The notes beneath the pieces are model-generated. The model saw only the letters and a list, made by a program, of their open reading frames with translations. It searched no databases and was not told where the DNA came from. DNA of 64,000 nt. Origin: the human T2T-CHM13v2.0 reference genome, Homo sapiens. Below, piece by piece: positions 13,141 through 27,705 of this stretch (position 1 is the first letter of the stretch; every line of letters starts with the position of its first letter). The position numbers and the translations under genes were made by a program. The DNA lies in NCBI RefSeq assembly GCF_009914755.1, contig NC_060930.1; one strand, written 5' to 3'.

Positions 13141-15511
13141 AAAATCCTATTAGCCCATACAGGGAATAATTCATTCCAGTAGGTTCTTAATAGCCCTTCC
13201 CTGTTCCCTGTTTCTAATCCATTTATTGCTCTTTAAAGATTACCATGTACTCCTTTTTCTTATTATAAAATATTGCATATTCATATTAAAATCTGGAAAA
13301 TTCATAGAAGCAGAAATAAGTAATCTAATGAATCAAAAACAATGTCAAGTAGTGTTTCTTAATCATTACAATTATTTATGAATTTTGGTTTTAATTTTTC
13401 AACATTTGGTCTACTTGATGTGTGGCACACATTGTTCTATGAAATCCAAACAGTGTTATTGTAAAGTCTCTGGGCTTCTTAGAGCAAAAGTTTTAAAACC
13501 ATCATTTATATGTTTAATATATTTTTATCTATTTCTAGATTTATTTTAAAGGCAGTAAAATAATCTAACAGGCTCCTGGGTACCCATGGTGTTTATTATA
13601 TTATGAAGAAATAAAATATTACTCATACAGTCGAAACCCTACAATTAAATTCCTTTCCCTCCCTTCAGAGGGAACCTATTATAATGTGTGATTTGTGATC
13701 ATGAATGATTTCAACTAGTTTTTCTGATATTTATATTTATTCTGCACCTTCACCCTCATCATCATCCTTACAATAGGCTTTATCTTTTGGAAATACATAT
13801 AATATTGATGTGCTCTGGTTTTAATCATCACCTGCCTCTTGCCTCAGCAAGCTCTAGGTTGTATTTTAAAGGAGATTAAATATATTTTCACTGAATTTAA
13901 TTGTATCTAAGTAATACCTTTCGAAGAGTCAAATAATACAGAAAAGCTCATAACAAAAAGTTGCAATTCTTCCATCCCTCCTTCACTCTCAGAGACATGA
14001 CTGATCTATCTCAGCTGTTTCTTCTAGCATTTACCCCCGGATTTAAAAATAATATATTTAAACAACTATAACTTAATTTAAACATTTTAGACATTATCTC
14101 TTCCTTTCCTAGTATGGAAGACAAAGATTGAGCACTCTCATCTAACCCTCACACATTTCTGCCTACATCCTGCAACATATACTTAAAATAAATATATAAT
14201 GCTAACATTGTTAAAACCATATAAATATTACTCACAGCTGAGCTCTGTGGTGCACTGTGTCTCTCTTTTCTTTTTTGTACATCGTTGCCTGGCATTAATA
14301 ATTGCTTTGTTTTGAAAAATTAGTCTTAGTTTACTACATACATTTTACTAATTTTAAACTACACTTTCTGACAGAATTATTAAACTCCCTTCAGTATGTT
14401 TCATCACATTTGGAAATCTATTAATTGATGATTTTTGTTATTATTTGTGTTTCATTGTTAAGAAAACCATCCTGATGCTTTTCTCTCCCACATTTTTGTA
14501 GCTTCCTTAGAAAGAGTGAAGAAAAGGTAAATGTTTTTAATAAATTATGTGTCTGAAGATGCCTTAATTCCCCCCTCTTTTAGATATCAGCTGGCTCTAG
14601 AATTCTAGGTAGAAAGCATCTCTTCTCAGAATTTTGAAGATATTGCTTCATGGCTCTCAATTCTTCACTCACCTTACTCTATGAACCCCAGGGTCTTTAC
14701 ATCCCTTGAGGACTGAAGTGTGTTTCCACTTCAGGTGCTTTGCACTGGCTGGTCTTCTATCTGGAATGCTTCTCCCCAAGATATCTTCTGGCTAACTCTC
14801 TTTTCTTCTTAGAAAACTGCTAAGATTTACCATTCCCAATGAGCCGCCTCTTGTCCTTTTATTTATTTTTGCAAACTGCCCCTGCCCACTGCCATTCCTG
14901 GTCTCCCTAAACAAGTCTTAGTATTTCTTCCCTTTCTCTTTTCATGTTGAAATACACTATATAGTTTACTTATGTATTAGGTAAACTTTTTATTGCCTCT
15001 CTCTGTACTCCCCAAGCTACTTCTTGACCCTTGAAAAAATGTAGATTCCATGATCGTATAAAATTTTTATTACTTTAAAAACTTTTCTAAATTAATAAAT
15101 TATAAAAAATTAATATATTCAAAGCAACTAGATGTATGCCTAAACACCTAGAAAAGTGCCTGGCGCATGTTAGAAATTAGAAAGTATTTCTTATGAACAG
15201 TTTTATGATTTTTCACATTGAAGTTGAAGAGTCTTGCCAATTTCCCCTATCTTATATATGTGATCAGATTTTTGCCTCTGTAAACTTTTAGGATTTTATC
15301 TTGACCCCAAATGTTCTGTAGTTTGATCACAATATGACCTGTGCTATGAATTTTTTGACCCGGGAAATTCATACACCTAACTTAAGGATTTTAATTTTTC
15401 ATTATTAATTATTTAACAATGTGTTATTTATCTATGGAACTCTTCTTTGTTAGATATTGAATTTCATGGATTAATCCCCTAGCTTTTTGTCTTTGGTTTA
15501 TTTTGATTACT

Positions 15512-15842
<331 letters not shown>

Positions 15843-16465
15843 GATTTCTCTTTTCTTTTATTTCCTTTTCTTTATATTCTATTGTTTCCCCTGGGGAGAC
15901 CTCCTCACCTTTATCTTACAACATTTTAAATATTACCATAATTTAATAATTCTTTTGTGCTTTGAGTAGTCTTTTAAAAATTAATATCTCATCCTGTTCT
16001 TGTTTTGTGCATGCCATATGTTTTGCTAGTTCTCCGAGAATATTGACTCATTTTTGAAGTTTTTAATATTATTTTTGCCTTTGTTTCCTCTGTTTTGTTT
16101 TCTTTCATGGGAGATACAAAATTTCTGGGAAAATTTTGCTGTCCAATAATGTTTAGCTGAGACACTAAAATTGTTAAATCTCTGTATGTCACGAAAGCAT
16201 GTTAACTCAAATATGAACAAGGTATCATTTCATTGGAAGACTCCCAAATATCCTCTCGGTAGGCTATTTTTATGGACAGGTATTTTCCAATCTTTGTCTG
16301 CTAGCATTTTTGTTGAGAACGGAGTATGAGCTAAGGATGAGAATAATCACACTCTACAATATGTAGATTTTCACTTTTTCATTTTTAGTATGAATTCTTA
16401 TCCTCACCCCTCATCCTTCACTGCATGGTAATTGGACACTTTCTTATTAAATTTCCCTAGAGAAT

Positions 16466-16499
16466 TGTATTAGGGTTCTGTAGAGGGACAGAACTAATA

Positions 16500-16554
<55 letters not shown>

Positions 16555-16991
16555 TTTATTAAGTATTAACTTATACGACTGCATATATATACATATATAT
16601 ATGTATATATCATGGGAGTTTATTAAGTGTTAACTTACTCGATCACAAGGTCCCACAATAGGCTGTCTGCAAGCTGAGGAGCAAGGAGAGCCAGTCTGGG
16701 TCCCAAAACTGAAGAACTTGGAGTCTGATGTTTGAGGACAGGAAGCATCCAGCAAGGGAGAAAGATGTAGACTGGGAGGCTATGCCAGTCTCTCCTTTTC
16801 ACATTTTCTGCCTGCTTTATATTTGCTGGCGGCTGATTAGATTGTGCCCACCAGATTAAGGGTGGGTCTGCCTTTCCCAGCCCACTGACTCAAATGTTAA
16901 TTTCCTTTGGCAACACCCTCACAGATACACCCACGATCAATACTTTGTATTCTTCAATCCAATCAAGTTGACACTTGTATTAACCATCACA
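16466..16991 (-). mobile_element. ERVL solo LTR MLT2A1-like, with 5-bp TSD and internal (AT)n
   Basis: TGTATTAGGGTTCT...CACAAGGTCCCACAATAGGCTGTCTGCAAGCTGAGGAGCAAGG...AATCAAGTTGACAC...TTAACCATCACA; AGAAT at 16461-16465 and 16992-16996. Confidence 0.9.
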
Positions 16992-17320
16992 AGAATAAAT
17001 TCCCAGTGGTCTCTTGCCAGGTCAGCAATGGGATAGTAACGAGGTTTATAGGGTTGGCAGGGGGATCTGGATACCTAACTAAGATTTTGCAGCCTCAACA
17101 CTTACTCTAGCCTTGTAAATTATTTGGTACTTAAAATTTCAGAGACATTCTGGGGATCAGCAGCTCAAATAACACTTCTTGCTGTGGTTTGCTCCTCCCC
17201 TTGGCAGACACATCCTATCCCCAGCTTCCTCTGCTCTGGGCTAGTACCACTCACTCCATCCACTTTCCTTCCATCCTATATTAATTTGTTGACACTTCTT
17301 TTCTGATGTCATCCTCTGGA

Positions 17321-17322
<2 letters not shown>

Positions 17323-17382
<60 letters not shown>

Positions 17383-17400
17383 ACACACACATACACATAT
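17323..17400. repeat. Compound (AT)n(AC)n microsatellite
   Basis: Directly visible. Confidence 0.95.
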
Positions 17401-20400
17401 TTATGACTTAACTCTTATTTTAGAAGATTTGTAGGTTATAATAGCATTTAAGTGTGTGTGTTCATGGTCAGGTTTAACCAAAGTCCTAGGCCTGAGTATT
17501 TCAATGTGAAGAACAAACAGAATATGATATTACTTTCATACCTCTATTTTTGATAGTCTGTGATTCTGAGCCCTATCTATGCTTTCAGTCAAATTACCAA
17601 TGGTATGAAACTCTTTAATTTTGTGTGTCTCACGTTTAGAGGGTAGCTTAAGAGGTTCTTTAACTGCATGACTATTGTGAGGAGGATACTTATGAGTTGT
17701 TCTTCATTTCCATGGGGACAAGGACAATGAAAATACAGTATAATACATTCAGAGTGTTATTAGAAGTTAGGTAGTACCTTTTAATTGTTAAACAATAAAG
17801 TAATAACATTGCTCATTAGGCATGTGCTTATGAAGACAAAAAGGCCTGATTTACTGATTTAGTGATTTAGTCCAAGGCTTTGACATCCATATGATGTGGA
17901 CCTCTGGGTACTAAAGAAGTCTATAAATCCCAATCACAACTGTGATTAATTACAAATATCTTATGCATGTATTTCTTTAGCTAAAGACAGAGGTAGAATC
18001 AAATAAAAATTACTCCAAGTTTACTGGCTCTATTTCTCTTCATTTGAAAACAGAATTTTCTCAAAAGGCAAAGGAAAAGTTTGTCATCCACATCTCTTAT
18101 TAATGAAAGTGTAACAATCATATACTCACATTTCTCCTTCTGAATAAAACAAACTACTGATGAGAGATAAAGATAATTATTTTTAGTACCTCTGTTGTCT
18201 TTTAAATATTCCTTTTTTGGAAAAGCAAAACAAGACATGATTATATTGGGAGAAGAATGGTGACCCAAGAACTAGATGGCCTTCTTCTGGTACGGTTCTT
18301 TCACTATCTGGTGTATCTCTGAAGTGTGATCAAAGGTAACTGATCATAACTAGATAATCGTTAAAGCCCCTATCCTCCCTCCCTTTCTGTATTTTTACCT
18401 TTCTTCCCTTATTGATACTAAGACCTTGATACTAAGTTGTTCACAACTGGCCCACATTCTAGGTTGAAATGATGGTGCATGTTGGAGACAAATGTACAAA
18501 TAAATACCATATGGTTATATTACTACTGTGAAAATGTATGTAGAAAATGCTGGGGTAATATGGACTATTTTCTTAATAATCTAATTTCTTACCTAGTAGA
18601 CAGTCAACATTTCCAATCATGGAAATGAACTAGTGTCCACATAACTGAAATCCTTCACATCTGGCTATCTTTAGGCCCTAAATTATGTGAAATTCACTGA
18701 GTATTTTCCACAGAGTTGTTTACTGTTGTAAAATCTTAAATCAAAATGTTACATCAAAGGAAGAGTTGCATCAAAAGAACCTCAGCAAAACCTCAAAACA
18801 ACCAAACACTCCACTTGTCTGTTTAAATTATTAGCAAAAGCAGCTCTGTTATCCCAGCTTCTAAGCTAACCAGACTCATCATTTTGGCCTTTCATGTATG
18901 CTTTTCCTATGGCCAAAACGTCCACAAATTACTAATAAATGCTGACAAGGAGAGAGGTTAAAACCAGGAAGCCATGCCTTTTAGCTGACAAAACATTCAT
19001 TGAAATGCTATCTGGGTGAAGCACTGAGAAATTAATCATCTGAATAGTCTAAATTATAGTACATGAAGAATGCAACTTGCTAGGGAGACATACCTTCAGC
19101 ATTATTCGAGGTTAATTTAAACCAACATGTAAATGTTTGTATGCTTCATGTGTGGTATCCCAAAAGGTTGTGTTTTCTCTTTTGATCTTTGAATATGCTG
19201 ATCGCCTTTCATGAACAGTGGCATTCAATGCACTTTGAAAAAAACACAGTCTTTTTCTTTGAAGGTAAGTTGTAAGAAAGAGAAATCATTAAAGCCTGGA
19301 GTGCAGAATTGTTGTCGACTGAAATGGTATCAAGTGAGTTGAATGCCTCATATTTTAAAAATGGGCATGATCTCTATTATTACTAACAAAAAAATCTGCA
19401 TTTTATGTGATATCTGACATGGGAAAGGGATGCTTGATGAGTAGCCAATGATGTTGAACTGGCTGTATTTTCCGACTGACTTGTTTTTCTTATGAAGGCA
19501 GCATTTTAGTAAAATTGTGTTTGTCTTTCTTTCTGATAGGCTCTAATTGAAGTTTGAAGGTTCATTACACAATGCCTGGGAATATGTTGTCAAATACAAT
19601 TCACCTCTCCCACAGTGAATATTGGCATGATTTTATAGGACAGGGTACTCTAGAGCTCAGCTGTCATAATATTTGGCTCCAATTTCATTCATAATGGACA
19701 GAATATCTACAATGTTTTGAATCCCTACTTTCAAATGTCAGCACACTGGAACAAATATTAAAGAATGGGTTTGAATCTAAGTAGATGAGTATTTCCTTGA
19801 AGCAACATGTTATAGCCTAAATGTTGTTTCCTTCAATTATGTTTAAACAATGTAACCTTAAATGTTTCACAGATGTATCACTTGAAATCCAAAACACATA
19901 CTACTCATCAAAGTCATCTTTATTTAAGCTTAGGAAGAAAAATAGAAATCTGAAATGTTTGCTCTTAGTCCACACACACTTCTCATCTGGCAGGACATTT
20001 CTGAATTTATTTGGGAAATTGAATATATGTCAGGTAGGTTTGGGTTGCTGGGTAAATGAGTGTACTTCAGTGTCAGGACTGTTTTTATTAACAGATTTTA
20101 TAAACTGGCTTGGTAGTTTCCAGTTCTGTGGCAAGAACAATCTATCATAATAAACCTGTAACATAAAAGTACAGAATACATTCCTGTTTCAAGAGTCTGT
20201 AAGAGGAGTCCCCTCATGAACAGTTTATATGAGAGGATTATAAAATGAAGTTCAGCAGTAGCACAAGCAACTGCAGTGAATGGTGTGTTGTTAAGGTTCT
20301 TTAAATCATGAAAAAAATATACTTTCAAGGATTTATTAATCTTACTCCAAATATATATATTTTGGTAAATAGCAATTGGAAAGAAGGGTTTGTATTTCTT

Positions 20401-22971
20401 AGAAGCACTGAGCTGACCAATATATTGGAAAACTAAGTAAAGCAGGCCAGTGATCTCTATTCTGAGTGAAATATTTTGCTCTGTTTGACATCTGGGTGCA
20501 ATGATGGCTATGTCAGTGTCACTTTATTTTTCTCTTGTGCAAGTTTGATAAAACTCTTTAAATACTAATGTGTATTTTAGAAAACACAAATTCTGTTATA
20601 TTCCAGGAGGAAGGAAATTGCCTTAGGATATGAATCAGATTTGATAACATGAACTATCTTATTTAATTATTCTAAATTGAAAACATCATGAAAGATAATT
20701 GGGATTTTTCCATTTTTATTTTACTCTTGTTTCTTGCTTATTTGAATCATTCGTTTTATTCTTCTTTCTACTTAGGCTAAGCTCTCAAAAGGAAAGGAGA
20801 TGTAATTCAATGTATGTAAGTTTCTAAGTGTAGGTATTTTTCAACAAACACATAAACAATCATCGATGACATTATTACTTATGTCACATAAAAACTGTGT
20901 TTAAACAGATTAAAAATATTTTCTGGAGAGTTTTATTTATTTTACAATGTTTACAAGTGAATTGTCAAGATGTCTCCCAATATTATTTCCTTTCCAGACA
21001 GCAATCTTTAAATCCTGCTTGAGTCATCTTTTATTCCAGTTTTCCTTTTTTTGAGTGTAAAGGCAATAAATTATAACAATAAAAGACTTATACTCTTTGT
21101 CCCATAGTTTCTCTTTTCTGTTGAAATATAGCTTGCTCTTTGGAATATTAACATGTAAACCAGAGGTTTTTTTTTTTTTTTTTTTTTGAACAATCTGACT
21201 ATTCTAAAACACTTTTTAGGATATCACTAATTGTCAATAAGGAATTGAGATCCACAGATAAACTTATCAGGAACAGAAAATTGTTTTGAATACATTTTTA
21301 ATATTTAAATAGTCACAGATCAAAACTAAATTTTTTTTTAAAGATTCTGTTGAATAGGTAGGACTTCACATTGGATTCAACCTGGTATTTAAAATGCAAA
21401 TACTTTTTGATTTCTCTTTTTGCTAAGTAATATTCTAAGAGATTAGCCATACATTTTAAAATGTTGTGACTGTTTTTGTGTTTCATGTTTGTATAAATGT
21501 AGAGATTAGACACTTGTTTAAGATCCTTAAAGATCTGAGGTAAATTATTTTTGGGAAATACAAATTTCTTTCTGTAATTTCTACCTTCTGTGAACAACTT
21601 CTTGAAGACTGTTCTGTTGCTCTTGGTTTATACGCAGGTCCCTTAAAATAACAAAATAAAAAATAAGAAACAATACATAAGGACAAAGACTGGAAATAAA
21701 AGAAAAATAATTTAAACTCAAGGGATTTTCTTGGGTAAGGCCTCAGAGAATGTTCCAGCTGTTCTTAAGAAAGACATTGTATATAAAGGCCACATTTAGC
21801 TGAATAGACTGAAAAATTCTTATTATTTTGAGAAATGATTCAATTGTTGTCTCAATGCTAAATATTCATAAAAACTATCCATTCATTAATCCTTTTTAAA
21901 CTGAAGTAATTAGAAAAAGCAGGTCAATGTGCAAAGAAATGGGCTTTTCTTCATCAAATGGTTAATTCTTTATTAAATGGTTATTCTTTAAAATGAGCAA
22001 AGATGAGCTCAGCAAATAAGGTACTTGTAATAATGAAAGTACTATATGCAGGAATACTGGCTTTTTGTTTTTAATCTGCAATTAGTTAATTAAATTTCAT
22101 TGTAGATGTATTGCATAAAATACATTTGAAAGGCACCATTCTTCCTCATAATACAGCTAGTGAAGGTCCAAATTTCAGTGACTCAAGTGTAGGTGGGAAA
22201 AAGTCCTCACAAACTTTACGCAAATTGTTAGAAAAGCTTATGTAAACATGACTACTATGAATACAGACCAGGGATGTGCCCCAGAGTCAATGAGTTCAAT
22301 TCACTTGCTGCCACAATGCTTTCAGGCCTAGGCTCTTTGCAGACAGAGAGCAGCATCAGGGAATGATTATTACCTGTGCCCAGCAGGGTTTGTTCAACTG
22401 CTAATGGTCAAGGTAGATTCAAGCCCTCTATCATTCCCAGAGACATACAAAATCAAATACTGACTTAAAGAGAAATATAAATGAAATAAGTTCTAAAAGG
22501 AAAAGAAAACAAAGAAATGTCTTTTACAAGGCACTAAAGAAAGACACAAGGGAACATTCATATAGATTATTTTATTAAATATTTATTGAGCAAAATATTT
22601 GTGCCAGGCACTGTTAGATTGGCCTCATGAGCTTTGCATGGGCACCCACTTGCTATACATCAGGCTTGGAAACATACTCCTGACCAGCATTTATGCTAGA
22701 CATGATTTATGTCTCATACTGTGCTAAGGGGGTGACTAAAATCTATATTGACCAATACTTGATGAGTATATTTGACAGATGTTTAAAAGTTAACCCTGCT
22801 CAAAAATGTAACGGGATCTTTACTAATCAGGATCATAGGTTTGCATGGGTTCCTAGGAGGAAAAGAATGAGTGGGACCAGTTTATACACCAAGCATCAAA
22901 GGACTCCATTCTCACCCTAGGGAAACACGGATTTTACTGCTCAGGGGATGATGAAAATTGGATTCCGACTT

Positions 22972-23076
22972 TTACACCTCAGATTATTTCTATTAATTAC
23001 ACCTCAGATTATTTCTATTACACCTCAGATTATTATCTCAGATTATTATCTATTACACCTCAGATTATTTCTATTA
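22972..23076. repeat. Local tandem repeat, ~21-bp unit TTACACCTCAGATTATTTCTA
   Basis: CTCAGATTATT occurs five times within ~105 bp. Confidence 0.9.
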
Positions 23077-23469
23077 TTCAGTCTTAGCCGAAGATTCCCA
23101 GCCCCAGGTCCATCGTTGCTCAAGGGTAAGATCACAGACCTAGTGCCTGCATTATTTCCCTTCTGTGCAAATCGTGAGGGCCAATTTTGCTCTCTAAAAA
23201 TTTGCATTAAACAGACCAATCACTAGATTCCTTCTACAGATCAAAATGCATTTATTCAATCAAACAAAAGGGAATCCATGTGAGGCAACTAAGGAAGGGC
23301 TTTCCCTCCAGTCTGGTGAGCAGTGGCTGTGGCTCTGCTGGCTCTATTTTGTGAGGTCTTTATAAATGACCACAATTAAGCTGTAGATGTACTCATGCCC
23401 TAGATGTAACCATCCGTTCTGGGGAATATGGCTTGATAAACCCATTGGTGTCTAACACTTATTCATGTC

Positions 23470-24100
23470 ACTCATTCATTCATTCATTTATTCAAACAAA
23501 TATTTTTGAGCTCTTATGAGGTGCCAGGCACTGTTCTAAGCAATGGGAAAACAGGAGTAAACAAGTCCCCATTCTTATGATGTTTTTATTTTAGAGGGGA
23601 TAGGAAGAAGGAGAAAAAGCCAATGAATAAGGAAAGAAATAAATCAACAAGATAATTTCATATAATGCTAAGGATGGGAAGAAATGAAAACAGGTGTTGG
23701 AATAGATCATGGGGTGGGAGTTAATTGAAGGGGTAGTCAAGAAAGGCCCTGCTAAAGAAGTGTTGGGTTGGTTAGAGCCCAGCAAGGGACTTTTCAGCTC
23801 TGGAGATGCTTGTAGAGAAATGCAGAGGTCCTAATATGGGAATGAACATCTCATGTAGGGTATAGCTTCTCATGTTTGAGGAACAGAAACAAGGCCCTAA
23901 AGGCTCTAATATTGTGAGCCAGGATAAGGGCAGCCAGGGTAAGGGCAGATGACATCTGGAGACAGGTAGGGGCCAGGTAGGACCTTGTACTGTGTACGTA
24001 GGACCTTGTACATGTAGGAGTCAGATCACGTGGGACCTTGTGCTTCGTTTGAATTTTATTCTAAATGTTGGGAATTGATTAGATGATTTTAAAAATAATA
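23470..24100 (-). mobile_element. L2 LINE 3' end
   Basis: (CATT)n followed by CAAATATTTTTGAGCTCTTATGAGGTGCCAGGCACTGTTCTAAG, the reverse complement of the L2 tail. Confidence 0.75.
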
Positions 24101-24624
24101 CTTTCTTAATACTGTGTCACTCTGCCTACTCTCTGAGAAACAGATCATAAGGAGACAAGGGTTGGAGGCAAGCAATGCTTCTACAGAAGACTTTGGTAGG
24201 TTCGGTTTCTATAATTTCCAAGCTCTGCAGGAGACCACTACAGCTTCCTCCTCAGTTACTCTTATTTACTTATGGGCCCAAACCCCTGAGCAGTTAAAAT
24301 CTGGCATCAATAACACTATCAATTCTGGCTAACACCTTGGCCAGTGAGAAGGGTTAATATAACAGGAGGGAAGATGACAGACGGAAAACCATTTCTTTTA
24401 CCTCTTTTTTGGTCTCCACAGGTTGACAATAACATGTTGTAATAATCACATGTATGCAATTTACCAGAAGTTTTGAAATCTTAGATTACCACTAACATTC
24501 CAATTTCTAAAGACAGTGGACATGAATTCCTGCAGCTCTCTGAGAATAGATTTTAGCTGTTAATATTATATTACAACTTCCTACATAGTTGTAAAAATTT
24601 AGGTTAATGATTCCTGTGAATTTA

Positions 24625-24908
24625 TTTTTATTTTTTTGAAATGGGGTCTCACTCTGTTGCCCAGGCTGGAGTGTAGTGGTGTGATCTCAGCTCATTGCAA
24701 CTTTGCCTCCCAGGCTCAAGCGATCCTCCTGCCTCAGCCACGAGAGTAGCTGGGATTACAGATTCACGCCACTACACCCAGCAAACTTTTGTATTTTTAG
24801 TAGATATGAGGTTTCACCATGTTGTCCAGGCTGTTCTCAAACTCCTGAGCTCAAGTGATCCACCCACCTAGACCTCCCAAAGTGCTGGGACTACAGGCAT
24901 GAGCCACC
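24625..24908 (-). mobile_element. AluJb-like SINE, slightly 5'-truncated
   Basis: CAGGCTCAAGCGATCCTCC, CTCCTGAGCTCAAGTGATCC; TGTGAATTTA flanks both sides. Confidence 0.9.
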
Positions 24909-26759
24909 TGTGAATTTAAAGTAAATTAATATTATGTACACAGAAGTTACAATAAAAATGCTTCTATTTGGATAAAACAAAAAAATTAAAACTACTGTAA
25001 AAGTGAAAGATACTACATACTTTAGGAACAACTGGTATTTGTATGCAAGTGGGCCTAAATCTAATGTTGTGTGAAGATCAAAGCCAAGTACAATTGTAGC
25101 TCATGTTGCAGTTATTTCGAGGTCTCAAAAGGGATAACAACAAAAATCTATAATAGAAAACAGAATCTGGGTTAAAATCAGTGGAAATAATTTTTATTTC
25201 AGAATTAAATAAATTGAGTGAAATGAAGTATCTGGCTCTTGGAGGAAAATATGGTATCTTATTCTTTAAATGTCTTTAAATTTATAAGTCATAAGCTGCA
25301 AGTCAGTAGCATCATTATGTTGATGAATTACCCAGTTTAATTCTTATAAAAATTGAAATTATCTTCTGAACTCTAAGTCATATTTTAGCCACAGGTATTT
25401 TTTTGTTTTGTTTAATCAATAATTCCTGAAAGAATGAAACTTATTCGACTTTTATTACGTGACAAGGTTTAAAAAAATTTGCTTGAATAAAACATTATGG
25501 AGTCTGAATTCAAAGCATAAAGGCAGAAAGTAAAGTATGAAGATCTTTCAAACGTCTGTCACTTTTAATAATTTTGTTCTATGTTATATGACCTACGAAT
25601 GTTAAGAGTCTGTAAGAGTTTCTTCAGCTGCATTTGATTTTACCAACACCTTGTGGGTACAGTTAAGAAGATGACTTATTTGAGGCTTTATAACTGAAAT
25701 TGGATATGGTTCAAACGTTCAACAGATATAAACATATTTTAATTAAGAATAAATATTTTTATAAGATTGCTGAAATGACTTCTCTCAAAAATTTATGCCG
25801 GAACATCAACAAATAAATTTGCATTACAAAATAGAAAATTCAATTGTGGAAAATCATATTCTAACTTATTCTGATGAAGTAGTTCCCTTGTCAGGAAGCT
25901 TTTTCTTAAAGTGTGTTTTATGATTTGTGATAGAATTACCATCACTAAGTCGATCATTGCCCATTGGTTAGTCTACATGTACTGCCTTTTAGTGACATGA
26001 GTTCAATTCTAATTAAGAATGAGAATAGCCTATAACTATGAACACAGATAGCTACATGTGTCTCTAGTGAGAGGTACTAGTCCTCTTTGACATTTCTCTT
26101 AAAGCGGAATTTATTTGGGGTAGTGATGGTTTTACTGGTAGCCATAGGGGAAGATAAGAAAAGGGGGCCAAGATATTCATTTCTACTGCTGGCATGTGGA
26201 ATGCTCTTTTCCTGCTCCATGCCAGTCTCTCACTTGATTTAGAAAGATTTGTGCGTCCTTAGCTTTGACCATCAAGAAGAGTCCATCTCCTTTGCCTTCC
26301 TGTGCCTGGTACCTGAAAGACCTAGTGAAGACTGAAAGAAAAGTTTTTATTTTCTTACATAGTGAAAGCACTTTGAAGCATTTTGTTACACATATCTATA
26401 ATTTAACATGATAATTATATTGATCATTTACAATTCTACACATTATTTTAGCAAGTAATGAACGTTCTTAAGTGCCTAGTGTTGTCATAGGTATAAATCA
26501 AGTAGGATACCTGCCCTCAAGAAAGTGTATAATTTTATGCGTAGAGATAAGAGATGAGTACTTTCGCAGAAACAAATGAATAATTATATACCAACATGGA
26601 GAACTTAAGCTCATAGGTGAATGTGGGAATATGGAGGAGAATGAAAATCATTGCCAGGTGAGTGATCAAAGAGTGCATTCTAGAAAAGGTGGTACCTGTA
26701 CAGGGGTTTGGAGGATGCATTGGTATTAAATAAGAGAGAAATTAGAGGGAAGACACATC

Positions 26760-27215
26760 TTCCAGGCAGAGTGTCTAGAAGCAGAGCCAGCAGCAGATTT
26801 TAGTGTAAGCAATTTATTGAAAAAGTCCTCTCAGAAGATATCTATGAGATGGTAAGAAAAGCTGAAAAAGGTAGGGGAGAAAGTGGACAAAGATGTGATC
26901 TCTAAAGTTGAGCCTCAGACTGATACATGGCATGGTCTGGAGGGAAAATTGCACCACAGAAAGAGGTACCCCTTAAGGAACAGGATGCCAGGATTTTACC
27001 CCTCATATCTGTCAGTTATCGGCTACAAGTCCAAGGGGCAGGGGGAAGTGCAAGTGATGTATCTTGCTGGAAGTCTCAGGGTCAGAAGGCTCTCATTCAA
27101 AGAGGCAGGTCTCTGGAATGATGCAGCTGCAAGCCATTAGCAGCCAACCCTTGCCTCAGCTGAGAGATGGGTACCAGGATGAAAGGCCTGGTAAAGGGTT
27201 ATGGCTGTGCCACCA
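26760..27215 (-). mobile_element. ERVL LTR, LTR16-like, within L2 sequence
   Basis: GAAGCAGAGCC...GCAATTTATTGA...CAAAGATGTGATCTC...TTGCACCACAG...TTTTACCCC...GTCAGTTATCGGCT pattern; family call from memory. Confidence 0.5.
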
Positions 27216-27449
27216 GTGGAATTTCCTACACTGGGAATATACATGCTAGGTGCATAGAATGTTAGGTGTGAGAGGGGAGACCAGCCTGTTGGAAAGTATT
27301 CATTAATGCATATTTGTCAAGAATTCTAGCTGGTAACACTTTATTAAACATTAGATATTGCTATTTTATGTGCTTTGAAGCAATTACACTGTTTGAAAAA
27401 CCTTATTTTGTAAAAAAAAATCTGTTCTATTCACTGTCTCACAGATTTA

Positions 27450-27705
27450 GGACAGTTTATTAATTAAGAACACTAGATTTCAAGTCAAACAGACCTGACC
27501 TTAAACCTTGACCTTGTTCTTTGCTGTATAAATGGTTTTGTATGAGTTACTTAACCACACTGAGCCTCAAATTCCCATCAGTTATATGTGGATTATAATG
27601 TCTGCCTCATGCTTGTTGTGAACATTCAATGTAATCATTCATATGAAGAAGCAATGAACACAGGGTCTGGTGCACATAAATGTTCAACAAATGATAGACA
27701 TTACT
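27450..27705 (+). mobile_element. MIR SINE
   Basis: AAGTCAAACAGACCTG...GAGTTACTTAACCACACTGAGCCTCAAATTCCCATC...GGGTCTGGTGCACATAAATGTTCAACAAATG. Confidence 0.7.

Noticed and set aside
22972-23076. CRISPR-like repeat array
   Set aside because: Units abut without unique spacers; primate DNA; no cas genes.
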